DNA of 64,000 nucleotides from Pseudomonadota bacterium (GTDB lineage Bacteria > Bdellovibrionota > UBA1018 > CAIMNF01). The stretch covers positions 186,225 to 250,224 of the forward strand of contig JAIYBN010000005.1 of the NCBI GenBank assembly GCA_027488515.1, given 5' to 3'. The notes below the pieces were generated by a model. It worked only from the letters and a program-made list of their open reading frames with translations. It made no database searches and was not told where the DNA came from. The position numbers were made by a program, and so were the translations under genes. This document shows positions 1-9,723 of the stretch, in pieces (the stretch's first letter is position 1; each line of letters starts with the position of its first letter).

Positions 1-2
1 GT

Positions 3-716
3 GAGCGCAAGGACACAGGGGACCTGACCGGAGAAACCCTGGAGCAGGCTCGGGTTCCGGACTTGAATCCGGAACAGTGGCAGGAACTCGCAAGACATTT
101 CGCATTGGAGCCCTACTGGCAGACACCTCCCATGTATTCCGCCAAGAAACAGGGGGGTCGGGCCCTCCATGAGTTGGCCCGGAAAGGGATCGAGGTGAAG
201 CGCGACCCGATCCTGAAGCGGATCGACTCTTTCCGGATCCTGTCGAAAGAACAGGGATCCCTCGAGTTCTCCGTGACCTGTGAGAGTGGAACCTATGTCC
301 GCGTTCTGGCCGAGGATCTGGCCCGGAAAGCGGGTACCCTCGCCTACCTCGACCGATTGGAACGGACCGCCTCGAGTGATTTGCAGCTCTCTTCCTGTGA
401 CTCTTTGGACGTCTGTGCCCAACGGATCGAAGACGGTGTCCCATTCACGGATTTCAAGAACTTCTTTCCGCTGGATTCGCTTGCGACCCACCTGCCACGG
501 ATCGAGCTCAAAGGATTCGAGATCTTCCGGATCCGGAGCGGTGTCCCGGCTGAGATCGAACGCCTACTCGGAATGGCGGATCAAGCGGACAGCATTTCCC
601 GCTACATGATCGCAGGAGTGCACGGGAATCCGGTTGCCCTGCTCGAGAGGCCCGATGCCGGCCATCCATTCCGTTTGCAGAGGATTTTCGTCCATGAAAC
701 GCAAAACCCGGCTTGA
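3..716 (+). CDS. truB: tRNA pseudouridine(55) synthase TruB, 5'-partial
   Basis: The frame is open from the window edge (KDTGDLTGE at 3-36). It carries the TruB motifs QTPPMYSAKKQGGRALHELARKG and CESGTYVRVLAEDL...YLDRLERT. Confidence 0.93.
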   Translation, partial: ERKDTGDLTGETLEQARVPDLNPEQWQELARHFALEPYWQTPPMYSAKKQGGRALHELARKGIEVKRDPILKRIDSFRILSKEQGSLEFSVTCESGTYVRVLAEDLARKAGTLAYLDRLERTASSDLQLSSCDSLDVCAQRIEDGVPFTDFKNFFPLDSLATHLPRIELKGFEIFRIRSGVPAEIERLLGMADQADSISRYMIAGVHGNPVALLERPDAGHPFRLQRIFVHETQNPA

Positions 717-1209
717 TTCCCAAAAAGCCTGGATGGACCTCGCGCTTTGGTACTGCTCGAAGCGGGAAACCTCGCGTGCCGGGCTGCTCCGCTATCTCAA
801 GCGAAAACTGCGCGAAACATCCGAGGGCGTGACTCCCACCGAGGAAACCGAGGCCTGGTTGGTGGCGGTGGTCGATGAGTGCGTCCGACTCCGGATCGTC
901 GAGGACGCCCGTTACGCCGACATCCTCCAACGCGAATTCGAGCGACGGGGCAAAGGCAGTCGATACATCCGTCAAAAGTTGACCGAGAAGGGCCTCAAGG
1001 AACGGATCGAGACTCTGGAGTTCGATCCCGAACGGGAACTCGAACGGGCCATCGATCTGGCGACACGGACGCTCGGAAGAACTCAGTTCAAGAAAATCAC
1101 CGATCCTCGTGAACTCAAGATGAAGCTCCTCAAAAAGCTCGTGAGTTCGGGATACGAGCTCGGAACCGCCAAAAGAGCCGTCGAGCACGCGATCAAGAAT
1201 CCCGTTTGA
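694..1209 (+). CDS. recX: RecX family regulatory protein
   Basis: ALWYCSKRETSRAGLLRYLKRK, DARYA...RGKGSRYIRQKLTEKG and KLLKKLVSSGY match the RecX three-helix repeats. Start taken at ATG 694 (MKRKTR), overlapping the truB 3' end. Confidence 0.8.
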   Translation: MKRKTRLDSQKAWMDLALWYCSKRETSRAGLLRYLKRKLRETSEGVTPTEETEAWLVAVVDECVRLRIVEDARYADILQREFERRGKGSRYIRQKLTEKGLKERIETLEFDPERELERAIDLATRTLGRTQFKKITDPRELKMKLLKKLVSSGYELGTAKRAVEHAIKNPV

Positions 1210-1918
1210 GTGCCTCAACCTCGGCCATCACCCGGGCGAAAAGACCCCTGAGGAGACCGAGATCCTCGCGAGTGAGGCCGGCCCTTTGGAAAATCTTCTT
1301 CAGTCGTCCGAGCATCCGGTCCGGATTGCCGTCGCGATCGAGACCGACCCGGATCATCATGGTTCTCAGATGTTCGAACATGGGCGACATTTCTTCGGTC
1401 GGCGCGTAGGTGAGATGCCCCCTCCTCGAGTCGCTCTCCTGTCGGTACAGATCCGAAAGCACCACCGCGACCGAATGACTGAGGTTCAATGCGGGAAAAC
1501 CGGGACTGGTGTCGAGAGCGCACAAATGGGTGCAAAGCTCCACTTCGTCGGCAAGGAGACAGAAGTCCTCCCTTCCGAAAACGAGGGCCACCTTGCCGTC
1601 GAGCTTGGCGGCGAGATCCTCGAGACGGATCGACATCCGACGGTTTTTTCCTGCGCGGGCGGTGAATCCGACCACGAACTGACAATCCGCCACGGCATTT
1701 GCAAGAGAGTCGTGGACAGGAATCGAGTTCAAGCGCTCTTTTGAAGTACCGGTGGCCATCCATTGAGCCACCCCCTCCCGCCATTCGCAATTCGGCATGA
1801 CGAGACCGGCCTCGGGCACCTCGAAGTTCTCGAGCAACCGGGCGAAGGAACCGATGTTCTCAGGGATTTTTGTCCCGACGAGCAGGGGTCGGAACCGGTT
1901 GAGTCTGGGTGAATGCAT
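1193..1918 (-). CDS. trmJ: TrmJ/LasT family SPOUT RNA methyltransferase
   Basis: PENIGSFAR, VVGFTARAG, VALVFGRED..L.ADE and FPALNLSHSVAV motifs. Confidence 0.85.
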   Translation of the reverse strand: MHSPRLNRFRPLLVGTKIPENIGSFARLLENFEVPEAGLVMPNCEWREGVAQWMATGTSKERLNSIPVHDSLANAVADCQFVVGFTARAGKNRRMSIRLEDLAAKLDGKVALVFGREDFCLLADEVELCTHLCALDTSPGFPALNLSHSVAVVLSDLYRQESDSRRGHLTYAPTEEMSPMFEHLRTMMIRVGLDRDGNPDRMLGRLKKIFQRAGLTREDLGLLRGLFARVMAEVEALKRDS

Positions 1919-2816
1919 GGTTACTGAAGTCGAAAACCACCTTCGACTTTTCCTCCTTCAGGGGATTACTCAAAAATGCGATCTGGAGTTTTCCGGATTT
2001 CCGGCCGTGGAGCAACTCCACAATGTCATGGCGATCGAGCGAGGAAACGGATTGCCCGTTCAACTCGGTCACCACACTCCCCGATCTCAAACCCACGGCT
2101 GCCGCACCACGGACCTCGGAGGCCATCAAGGACCTCACACTCAAGTGCCGCGAACCGGGGAGAAAGTCGAAAGTCATCAACGGGGTACGAAGTGCGTTCG
2201 GTCGGACTTCGGTCGGATCCGAAAAGAATTTAATATAACGGAAACGGAGGTCGAGCACCCACTCCTGCACCGAAGCGTCCGACACTTCTCCCTTCCAACG
2301 CACCTTGGGGGAGTTGACCGAAAACAAAGCTTCGAGCCCTTGCAGTCTCGGCACATTCGGCGCTTCCATGTGGCCACTCGGCTCCCACTGGATGTGGGTG
2401 GGAGTTCCGGGTCTGAGGAACAAACGGTATTTTTCGAGGACATCCCGCCCGATCGAACCCATGCAGCAGTTCTTGGCGAATTCGGGAGAAACCGCAAGGT
2501 CAGATCGCTCTGACTTGAAATTCCGGAGCAGGATCGTCACCCCTGAGAGTTCGACCTCATCGGCCTTGAAATCCTTGTAGGGCCACCCGATAAGCCGCAT
2601 TTGTCCGGGATCGAGTGTGCTTTCGGCTCGATCCGGCCGGACCCAGACCGGAATCACGTACGAAAATGAATCCCGCCAGATGGTCATCTTGACGCTGTAG
2701 GCGGAGCCGAAACGTCGCGCAGGCGTATGAAAGATCTGAGCCTCGACCGCGGACGGAATCAAGGTGAGCAGGAACAAAAGTGCGTCAACCCTGATCTTCG
2801 TTCTTGGAAGTCGCAT
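1860..2816 (-). CDS. Exported hypothetical protein, retropepsin-like region plus C-terminal PDZ
   Basis: Signal-like N-terminus (ALLFLLTLIPSAVEA). GSIGRDVLEKYRLFL resembles the retropepsin GxLGxDxL motif. GAAAVGLRSGSVVTELNGQSV is PDZ-like. Confidence 0.5.
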   Translation of the reverse strand: MRLPRTKIRVDALLFLLTLIPSAVEAQIFHTPARRFGSAYSVKMTIWRDSFSYVIPVWVRPDRAESTLDPGQMRLIGWPYKDFKADEVELSGVTILLRNFKSERSDLAVSPEFAKNCCMGSIGRDVLEKYRLFLRPGTPTHIQWEPSGHMEAPNVPRLQGLEALFSVNSPKVRWKGEVSDASVQEWVLDLRFRYIKFFSDPTEVRPNALRTPLMTFDFLPGSRHLSVRSLMASEVRGAAAVGLRSGSVVTELNGQSVSSLDRHDIVELLHGRKSGKLQIAFLSNPLKEEKSKVVFDFSNHAFTQTQPVPTPARRDKNP

Positions 2817-4065
2817 ACTTTCTCACTCCGAGTTTGCGGGCGATGCCGGAATCGAGCATCACCTGCATGAACACGCCTTTTTCGAGATAACGGGTCGTCT
2901 GGATCGAACCGAACTCCTGCAGTTGGGCCTGGAGTTTGCCTTCAGCATACGGAAGCACGAGATCCCAGGTTTCCATCCGGGTTTTGAAATGATCAAGGAT
3001 CCGGTCACGGAGGCTCCGGACCGCATCGGGATCGAGGGCTGACAGGCGCACGGCTCCGGGAACTGCGATCCTCGCCTGGTTGATCTGTGCCGGAGTGGTC
3101 AGAAGGTCGGCCTTGTTGAGGACCACCATCTTCTCCTTGGAGTCGCACTCGAGTTCTTTCAATACCTCGCAGGTGGTCTCAAACTGCTCCCTTGCCTGCT
3201 GGGACGATGCATCCACCACGTGGACAATGAGATCCGCCTCACGGATCTCTTCGAGAGTCGAACGGAAGGAGGCAATCAGGCTGGTCGGGATCCGACTGAT
3301 GAATCCCACCGTATCGATCGCCACCACCGGAGGGTGGCTGTCCGGGTTGAGAGCCCGGACGGTCGAATCGAGTGTGGCGAACAGCTTGTCTTCAGCCAGC
3401 ACTTTGCTTTCGGTCAAAGAGTTGAGCAGGGTCGACTTCCCCGCGTTGGTGTACCCCACCAGAGCCACCTTCAAAAGGTCCTGTCGCGAAGCCCGCTGGA
3501 CCACGCGCTCCTTCTCGATCTCGACGAGACGGCCTCTCAGAATCTGGATGCGCCGCTTGACCAGACGCCGGTCGACCTCGAGCTGCTTCTCTCCCATCCC
3601 CTTGTTCCCGACTCCACCGCCACGTTGGCGTTCGAAGTGATTCCAGAGGTGAGCGAGACGGGGAAGGACGTATTGGAGCTTCGCAAGCTCGACCTGGGTT
3701 TTCGCTTCACGTGTGCGCGCATGTCTCGAGAAGATCTCGAGGATGATCCCGGTCCGGTCGAGGACGGGTTTACACAAAAGCTTCTCGACATTCTGGAGCT
3801 GTCGGGGAGTGAGGTCGACGTCGATCACGAACAGATCCACCTCCGGTTCCATTGCAGCTGCGGCCAGGCGGAGTTCATCGAGCTTGCCCGTTCCAAAGTA
3901 GGTTCCGGCAACCACCCGGCGCACCGGAGCGGCGACCCGGCAGGCGGTTTGCAGGTCGAGCGTGTCGAGCAGACGGTCGAGTTCATTCAATGACTCGTCA
4001 TCGACGCCCAGGGTAAATACCCGGCTGGCTCCGTTCGGCAGGAGTGACTCAGAATTTTCGATCAT
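2785..4065 (-). CDS. hflX: GTPase HflX
   Basis: DRTGIILEIFSRHARTREAKTQVELAKLQY, G1 GYTNAGKST, LFATLD, DTVGF and NKAD. Confidence 0.96.
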   Translation of the reverse strand: MIENSESLLPNGASRVFTLGVDDESLNELDRLLDTLDLQTACRVAAPVRRVVAGTYFGTGKLDELRLAAAAMEPEVDLFVIDVDLTPRQLQNVEKLLCKPVLDRTGIILEIFSRHARTREAKTQVELAKLQYVLPRLAHLWNHFERQRGGGVGNKGMGEKQLEVDRRLVKRRIQILRGRLVEIEKERVVQRASRQDLLKVALVGYTNAGKSTLLNSLTESKVLAEDKLFATLDSTVRALNPDSHPPVVAIDTVGFISRIPTSLIASFRSTLEEIREADLIVHVVDASSQQAREQFETTCEVLKELECDSKEKMVVLNKADLLTTPAQINQARIAVPGAVRLSALDPDAVRSLRDRILDHFKTRMETWDLVLPYAEGKLQAQLQEFGSIQTTRYLEKGVFMQVMLDSGIARKLGVRKYATSKNEDQG

Positions 4066-4106
4066 AATCCTCTCAGTTTTATTACTAAACCTGTTAGAAT
4101 TAGCCC

Positions 4107-5009
4107 ATGAAAAACCGCGGCACCCTGATCAATTTGAACGGCGAAATCCTCGACCCTGCAGATGCGAAGGTATCGGTGTTCGACCGGAGCTTTTTGTACG
4201 GCGACAGCCTTTACGAGGTGGTCCGGACCTACCGGGGCAAGCCGTTCCGACTCAAAGAGCACCTGGTCAGGATGGAAAAGTCCGCCAAGCTGTGTCAAAT
4301 GCGTTTTTTCCAGACATCCGCCGAGTACGAACGGGAGATGCTGAGGAGCATCGAGGCCTACCGGGCCCAGCCCGGAAGGCAGGATGAGGACGTATACGTC
4401 CGGATCGTGGTTTCGCGGGGCAGTGGAAAGATCGGATTCGGGCTCGGGAATCTCGAGACTCCGACGTTGTATGCGATCATCGTGGAGCCGATCTCGATGT
4501 TTCCGAACAAACCTTTCGAGAAAGGGACCAAGCTCCAGATTTCAGAGAGGATCCGGAATCATCCGAAAGCCTTGGATCCGGCGATGAAGTCGGGGAATTA
4601 CCTGAACAGCCTGCTGGCTTACCTGAGCGCCACCGATTCCGGATACGACGACGCACTCATGGTGGATCAACAGGGATTCATGACCGAAGGCACCACCTTC
4701 AATCTGTTCTACGTGAACCGAGGTATTGTTGCGACAGCGCCACTCGACGTCGGCATTCTCGACGGGGTCACCCGTCGCGCGATCCTCAATCTGTGCATCG
4801 AACAGGGCATTCCTTGCCGGGAAGTCCGCTTTCCGAAAGAGTACCTGTATGAGGCCGACGAGGTCTTCGTCTCGAGCTCACTGAAGGAAGTCCTGCCGGT
4901 GCTGGATCTCGACGGGAAGAGGATCGGCAACGGAAAAGCGGGGCCCGTCACCCGCAAACTGAGAGACGCCTTCGACGATCTGGTCCGGCGCGAACTGTCG
5001 CTCGCTTAA
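4107..5009 (+). CDS. Class IV PLP-dependent aminotransferase (branched-chain/D-amino acid/PabC-like)
   Basis: YGDSLYEVVRTY, PLP lysine in AMKSGNYLNS, EGTTFNLF, ILDGVTR and ADEVFVSSS. Confidence 0.9.
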   Translation: MKNRGTLINLNGEILDPADAKVSVFDRSFLYGDSLYEVVRTYRGKPFRLKEHLVRMEKSAKLCQMRFFQTSAEYEREMLRSIEAYRAQPGRQDEDVYVRIVVSRGSGKIGFGLGNLETPTLYAIIVEPISMFPNKPFEKGTKLQISERIRNHPKALDPAMKSGNYLNSLLAYLSATDSGYDDALMVDQQGFMTEGTTFNLFYVNRGIVATAPLDVGILDGVTRRAILNLCIEQGIPCREVRFPKEYLYEADEVFVSSSLKEVLPVLDLDGKRIGNGKAGPVTRKLRDAFDDLVRRELSLA

Positions 5010-5788
5010 ATCAATTTCTTGATCTGACCGTGCAAGGTCCGGTTGCTGGCCAGGATTTCCATTCCGTGAGGATCGAAGCGTCCTCCTTTGAAATCCGTGA
5101 CCCTTCCCCCGGCTTCCTGAACCAGGAGGGCTCCGGCCGCGACATCCCACGGGGACAGGTGGCGCTCCCAGAATCCGTCGAAAACACCTCGAGCCGTGTA
5201 GGCGAGGTCCAGCGCGGCGGAACCGGGACGCCGGACCGCACGGGCTGAACGACTGACTTTTTCGAAGGACCCCATCTCGGTCGACAAGAGATCCCGGGCC
5301 GAGTAAGCGAAACCGGTCGAAAGCAGTGCGTTCCGGATTCGAGAAGTCGAAGACACCTTCATCCGCTTTCCATTCAGAAAAGCCCCCTTGCCCCGGATGG
5401 CCGTGTACAACTCGTCGAGAATGGGATGATAGGTCACCCCCACCGTCAGGTCGTGTCCGAGTTGAAGCGCCACCGTGGTGCAAAACATCGGAAAGCGATG
5501 GACAAAATTGGTCGTTCCATCGAGCGGATCCACGATCCAAAGCCCGTCTTGTCCGGCCTCCCGTACCCCCGTGGAGTGGGTTTCCTCGGTCAGCAGAGCA
5601 AATGAAGGCTCGCACTTCCGCAACACCTTCATCGCGACTTCTTCAGCCTCGACATCGGCATTGGTGACCAGGCCGAGCTTTCCCTTCTCCCGGACCTTGA
5701 GCGGTCTGACGTAATGTTTCCGGATCACCTGCCCGGCACGGAGTGCCGCTTCCACTGCTCCGGCCAGCCAATATTCAACGTGTGACAT
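5006..5788 (-). CDS. suhB: Inositol monophosphatase family protein
   Basis: LVTNAD, WIVDPLDGTTNFVH, RRPGSAALDL and WDVAAG. Confidence 0.92.
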   Translation of the reverse strand: MSHVEYWLAGAVEAALRAGQVIRKHYVRPLKVREKGKLGLVTNADVEAEEVAMKVLRKCEPSFALLTEETHSTGVREAGQDGLWIVDPLDGTTNFVHRFPMFCTTVALQLGHDLTVGVTYHPILDELYTAIRGKGAFLNGKRMKVSSTSRIRNALLSTGFAYSARDLLSTEMGSFEKVSRSARAVRRPGSAALDLAYTARGVFDGFWERHLSPWDVAAGALLVQEAGGRVTDFKGGRFDPHGMEILASNRTLHGQIKKLI

Positions 5789-5860
5789 GGGTTCATCCTA
5801 ACTCCGTCCCCGGGGAGAGAGTCCACGAATTTCGTCAAGGGGATGACTCCACGACGCGAT

Positions 5861-5890
5861 TTGACACTGCCGCACCGGGACTTGTACACT
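5861..5890 (+). promoter_or_regulatory. sigma70-like promoter for the 5928 gene
   Basis: TTGACA (5861-5866), 18-nt spacer, TACACT (5885-5890). GGGAGG lies upstream of ATG 5928. Confidence 0.6.
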
Positions 5891-5927
5891 GACAGGACTG
5901 GAGTACGGTCTAGGAGGGACCTGATCT

Positions 5928-6992
5928 ATGGCATCTTTCATCTACATTTATTCCCGCTTCACTGAAGAACTGCTACTGCTCAGTGCTGCAGGAATGTTCG
6001 CGCTCCTCTCTGCGTACTGCTACTACTGGGTGATCCGGAAGCGCAGACTCGGGGCCGCCCGGAATGAGATTCCCGCCACGGTGGTGAAGGCTTACCTCGG
6101 ACAACTCATCAACGAGGCTCAGTTTGTCAGAACCCAACTTTTTGGAATCGCCCAGGCGAATCTACCCGGAGAATACCCCTCCCACTCTTCACCCTCGGTC
6201 ACGGGCTCCATCACGGACGCCTTGTCCGGACTGAGTGCCTCCGCACCCAGCGGAATTTCGGGGGACCTGAGTGACCGACTCCGCGCCCTCCAGTCCCAAC
6301 TCACCGAAAAAGAAAGCCTGGTGGTGAACATCAACATCGAGAAAACCAAACTTCTCGAGGAGCTCGAGAACCTCAGACAGAATCAGCACGCGATCCAGAG
6401 TGCCTCTGCTTCGGGCAACGCCGAGGACATGATCAAGAAGATCAAGACTCTCGAAGAACGTCTCGAGGAATATTCCTTGTTCGAGGAAGATCTCGCCAAC
6501 TTGAAGCGGCTTCAGCAAGAGAATGCCAACCTGAAGAAGCGCATTGAAGAAATGACCGGAGCGACGCCGGAACCCAAGATCACAGCGGCGCCTGTGGCGA
6601 CTCCGGCACCTGCGGCCACCACCCCCGAACCCTCCATCGCGCCTCCTCCTGCGGCAACACTGGCCCAGGATGTGATCGACGCCCTCCTCGACGGTACTCC
6701 GGCCATTCCTCCGAGCGCGGAGCCCGCGGCAGAGCCATCGATCGCTTCCCCCAAGTCCGGACCGGATGAATTCGAAAGACTGGTCGACTCGGTCGAATCG
6801 AGTCTGGACCCTGCCCCTGTAGCGGCAGCTCCCGAGGCTCAGACTCCTGATGCGACCCCGACACTTCAGGCGGTACCTTCACCCGAAGAGACCCTCGCAG
6901 CCGATCAGCCGTCTCCTTCAAACCCAGAAACCTTGGCGACGAAATCCGACGAAGAGTTGCTCAAGGAGTTCGAGAATCTGCTGAACTCCTGA
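5928..6992 (+). CDS. Hypothetical membrane-anchored coiled-coil protein with acidic Pro/Ala-rich tail
   Basis: N-terminal hydrophobic helix, heptad-rich middle (LRALQSQL...LKKRIEEM) and a P/A/E/S-rich disordered C-terminal half. Promoter and RBS are present. Confidence 0.8.
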   Translation: MASFIYIYSRFTEELLLLSAAGMFALLSAYCYYWVIRKRRLGAARNEIPATVVKAYLGQLINEAQFVRTQLFGIAQANLPGEYPSHSSPSVTGSITDALSGLSASAPSGISGDLSDRLRALQSQLTEKESLVVNINIEKTKLLEELENLRQNQHAIQSASASGNAEDMIKKIKTLEERLEEYSLFEEDLANLKRLQQENANLKKRIEEMTGATPEPKITAAPVATPAPAATTPEPSIAPPPAATLAQDVIDALLDGTPAIPPSAEPAAEPSIASPKSGPDEFERLVDSVESSLDPAPVAAAPEAQTPDATPTLQAVPSPEETLAADQPSPSNPETLATKSDEELLKEFENLLNS

Positions 6993-6993
6993 T

Positions 6994-7536
6994 TCATTCC
7001 CCGCCGGGAGCCGGAATCTTCACGTCTTCGAGCTGCTTTTTCAGCTTGGCGTTTTCCATGTCCTGGATCCGTTTCCGGTAATCGATCACCTTTCCGATAC
7101 GGTAGAGCAAGGAATTCTCCTGGATCCCGTCGGTCTCCTGATTGATCCATCCCTCCAGGACATCCCGCTGGATCTGCTGCTCCTTTTGAACACTGACCCG
7201 GACAGAGGGCCGACCCTCGTAAAAGCCCTTGGCCAAGACGACACGGAAACGGTACTGCGCCTTGATGTAATTGCTGACCAACCCACCGGAGTCGAGAAGG
7301 TTCCTCTCGGCTGTATTGTCGATCCACTTGGTCTGGAGAGTCCCGTTTTCACGGTTCACAATATCCATCGGTGAAGCCTTCATCGCATCCACGGCGGACT
7401 CCCATGCCATCGGGTATTCGCTCAGGAAGATCTTGCTGAGGACCCGATCCGCATCGCCTCCCACGGACTTCAAGTAAGCCGACATGCAACCCTGCAGAAG
7501 CAGTGCGGCCAGAAAAATTTTCACGGCGCTGGACAT
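6994..7536 (-). CDS. Hypothetical lipoprotein (possibly BamC/NlpB-like)
   Basis: Lipobox LLQGC. NRENGTLQTKW and YRFRV..AKG resemble NlpB/BamC-type repeats; this family call is weak. Confidence 0.6.
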   Translation of the reverse strand: MSSAVKIFLAALLLQGCMSAYLKSVGGDADRVLSKIFLSEYPMAWESAVDAMKASPMDIVNRENGTLQTKWIDNTAERNLLDSGGLVSNYIKAQYRFRVVLAKGFYEGRPSVRVSVQKEQQIQRDVLEGWINQETDGIQENSLLYRIGKVIDYRKRIQDMENAKLKKQLEDVKIPAPGGE

Positions 7537-7559
7537 GCAAGTTAGTGTAGCATAACTCC

Positions 7560-8543
7560 ATGAGCTTCAAAGAATTTTGCCGGGTGATGGAACTCGAAGC
7601 CCGGGCGATCACAGACGCTTTGGCGCGTTTCCGCACGGATGCAAATGCCGAAGCTTCGATCGGACGCGCGTTGGAATTGATGGTGGAACGCAGTCGTCGG
7701 GGTGGAAAAGTGATGGTGGTCGGCCTCGGCAAGTCGGGCAAGATCGCAGCAAAAATTTCAGCCACCCTTTCCAGCACCGGGACACGTTCGGTCTACCTTC
7801 ATCCCACCGAGGCCCTGCACGGAGACCTCGGTGTGACCGGCCCGGAGGATGTCGTTCTCGCAATCAGTCAGACCGGCAACACCGAAGAAATCGTATCGCT
7901 CATCCCCTTTTTCAAGAAGCGGGGACTCGGGGTGGTGGCCATCACCGGCAATCCACGTTCCCGTCTGGCGGCAGCTGCAGATGTGGTTCTGGATTCCTCG
8001 GTGTCTGAAGAGGCCTGTGCACACAACCTCGCCCCCACTTCGAGCACGACCCTGGCACTGGTGATCGGTGACGCCCTCGCCGTGGCCCTGATGAAGACCC
8101 AAGGTTTCAGTGCGGAGGATTTTGCGAAGAACCACCCGGGAGGGGCATTGGGCAGGCGCTTGCAGCTCACCGTGGCCGACCTCATGCACCCGCTCGTACG
8201 GGTGGCTGTCCTGGGACAGGACTCCACCATGGAGGATGTCTTGGACGCCTCCACCCGGATGCGTCTCGGAGCGGTGTTGATCACCGAGAGCCAGCGCCTC
8301 TCCGGCATCATCACCGATGGTGACATCCGGAGAGCCCTCAAGCGAGGTGAAGCCTTCTTCGGGCTCAAAGCCGGGGAAATCATGTGCTCGAATCCGACCA
8401 CCGTCGGTCCGGAAACCCTCGCTTATGACGCTCTCCGCATCATGGAAGAGCGCGAAAGTCAGATCAGCGTTCTTCCGGTGGTGGATCCTCAGGGCAACGC
8501 GTTAGGCCTGCTCCGGATCCACGACCTTGTACAAACTTTCTAG
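7560..8543 (+). CDS. kdsD: D-arabinose 5-phosphate isomerase (SIS + 2 CBS)
   Basis: GLGKSGKIA, HPTEALHGDLG, APTSSTT, HPGGALG and tandem CBS domains. Confidence 0.95.
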   Translation: MSFKEFCRVMELEARAITDALARFRTDANAEASIGRALELMVERSRRGGKVMVVGLGKSGKIAAKISATLSSTGTRSVYLHPTEALHGDLGVTGPEDVVLAISQTGNTEEIVSLIPFFKKRGLGVVAITGNPRSRLAAAADVVLDSSVSEEACAHNLAPTSSTTLALVIGDALAVALMKTQGFSAEDFAKNHPGGALGRRLQLTVADLMHPLVRVAVLGQDSTMEDVLDASTRMRLGAVLITESQRLSGIITDGDIRRALKRGEAFFGLKAGEIMCSNPTTVGPETLAYDALRIMEERESQISVLPVVDPQGNALGLLRIHDLVQTF

Positions 8544-8587
8544 GTAGGCTACCCTTCATTTATCACGCTACGAAAGGACGAAGCAAA

Positions 8588-9646
8588 ATGAACATGAAAC
8601 GCACACTCGGTGTGCTCAGCGCATGCGTACTGGCCTCTTTGGCCGTGGTCGCCTGCTCCGAGAGCGCCAAAGCCAAGATCAGCATGGTTTTCAAAGATCC
8701 CCCCAAGGCCGGAATCGTGGCCAAAATCAACGGTGAAGAAATCACCGAAGATCAACTGATCGGGGATGCCCAGATCGAACTCATGCAGATCAAGAAGCAG
8801 GAATACGATCTGAAGATGAACCAGCTCAACAAGATGGTCACTGACCGCTTGCTCGGTGCCGAAGCCAAAAAAGCCGGCCTCGCCAACGCTGACGAGTACA
8901 TCGCGAAGAAGCTCCTCAAGGGCGAAATCAAGATTTCCGACGCCGAATACAAGAAATTCGTGAAGGAAAAGCAGATCCCTGAGAGCAACATCAACGACCA
9001 GGTCAAAGAGCGCATCTATGCCTACATGAAGGAACAGAAGCGCGAAGAAACCGTCACCGCGGCAGTTGCCAAGCTCTCCAAGGGCTCCCCGGTGGAAGTT
9101 TACTTCAAGAAGCCGAAGTCGAACATCCAGGTCGAAATCGGACAATCTCCGATGGCCGGTGGCGAGAACGCAAAAGTCTCCGTGGTGGTTTTCTCCGATT
9201 TCCAGTGCCCCTTCTGCTCTCGCGCGGCCAAAACCGTGTCAGACCTGAAGAAGAAGTACGGAAACAAGGTGAAGATCGCTTTCAAGCACTTCCCACTCCC
9301 CATGCACAAGGATGCCGGCCCTGCGTCGGAAGCCTCCATGTGCGTGCATGAGCAGGGCAAGGACAAGTTCTGGAAATTCCACGATCTCGCTTTCGCGGCC
9401 CAGGACAAGCTCGACGCCGAAAGCCTGGCCAAACACGCCAAGGCTGCCGGAGCTGACGAGAAGAAGTTCAAGGAATGCTTCGACGGCAAGAAGTACGCTG
9501 AATTCGTGAAGAAAGATCTCGCTTACGGCGAGAAGCTCGGCGTCCGTTCGACTCCGACCTTCTTCGTGAACGGCCAACTGCTGAGCGGAGCCCTTCCGAT
9601 CGAGCAATTCTCCGAAGTGATCGACGAAGAACTCGAATCCAAGTGA
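8588..9646 (+). CDS. DsbA-family thioredoxin-fold lipoprotein with N-terminal helical domain
   Basis: Lipobox VVAC, FSDFQCPFC, FKHFPL and GVRSTPTFFVNG (cis-Pro loop). Confidence 0.9.
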   Translation: MNMKRTLGVLSACVLASLAVVACSESAKAKISMVFKDPPKAGIVAKINGEEITEDQLIGDAQIELMQIKKQEYDLKMNQLNKMVTDRLLGAEAKKAGLANADEYIAKKLLKGEIKISDAEYKKFVKEKQIPESNINDQVKERIYAYMKEQKREETVTAAVAKLSKGSPVEVYFKKPKSNIQVEIGQSPMAGGENAKVSVVVFSDFQCPFCSRAAKTVSDLKKKYGNKVKIAFKHFPLPMHKDAGPASEASMCVHEQGKDKFWKFHDLAFAAQDKLDAESLAKHAKAAGADEKKFKECFDGKKYAEFVKKDLAYGEKLGVRSTPTFFVNGQLLSGALPIEQFSEVIDEELESK

Positions 9647-9669
9647 TTTCCTGAAACAGGACACACCGA

Positions 9670-9701
9670 CCCCCCGGAGGGATTCCTTCCGGGGGGTTTT
9701 T
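9670..9701 (+). terminator. Rho-independent terminator after the DsbA gene
   Basis: CCCCCCGGAGG/CCTTCCGGGGGG hairpin followed by TTTTT. Confidence 0.85.
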
Positions 9702-9723
9702 ATTTCGCGTCCGCGATGTCATA

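Noticed and set aside
6560-6930. Possible tandem DNA repeat in the Pro/Ala-rich region
   Set aside because: It is low-complexity at the protein level (EPSIA occurs twice) but is not a regular nucleotide repeat array.
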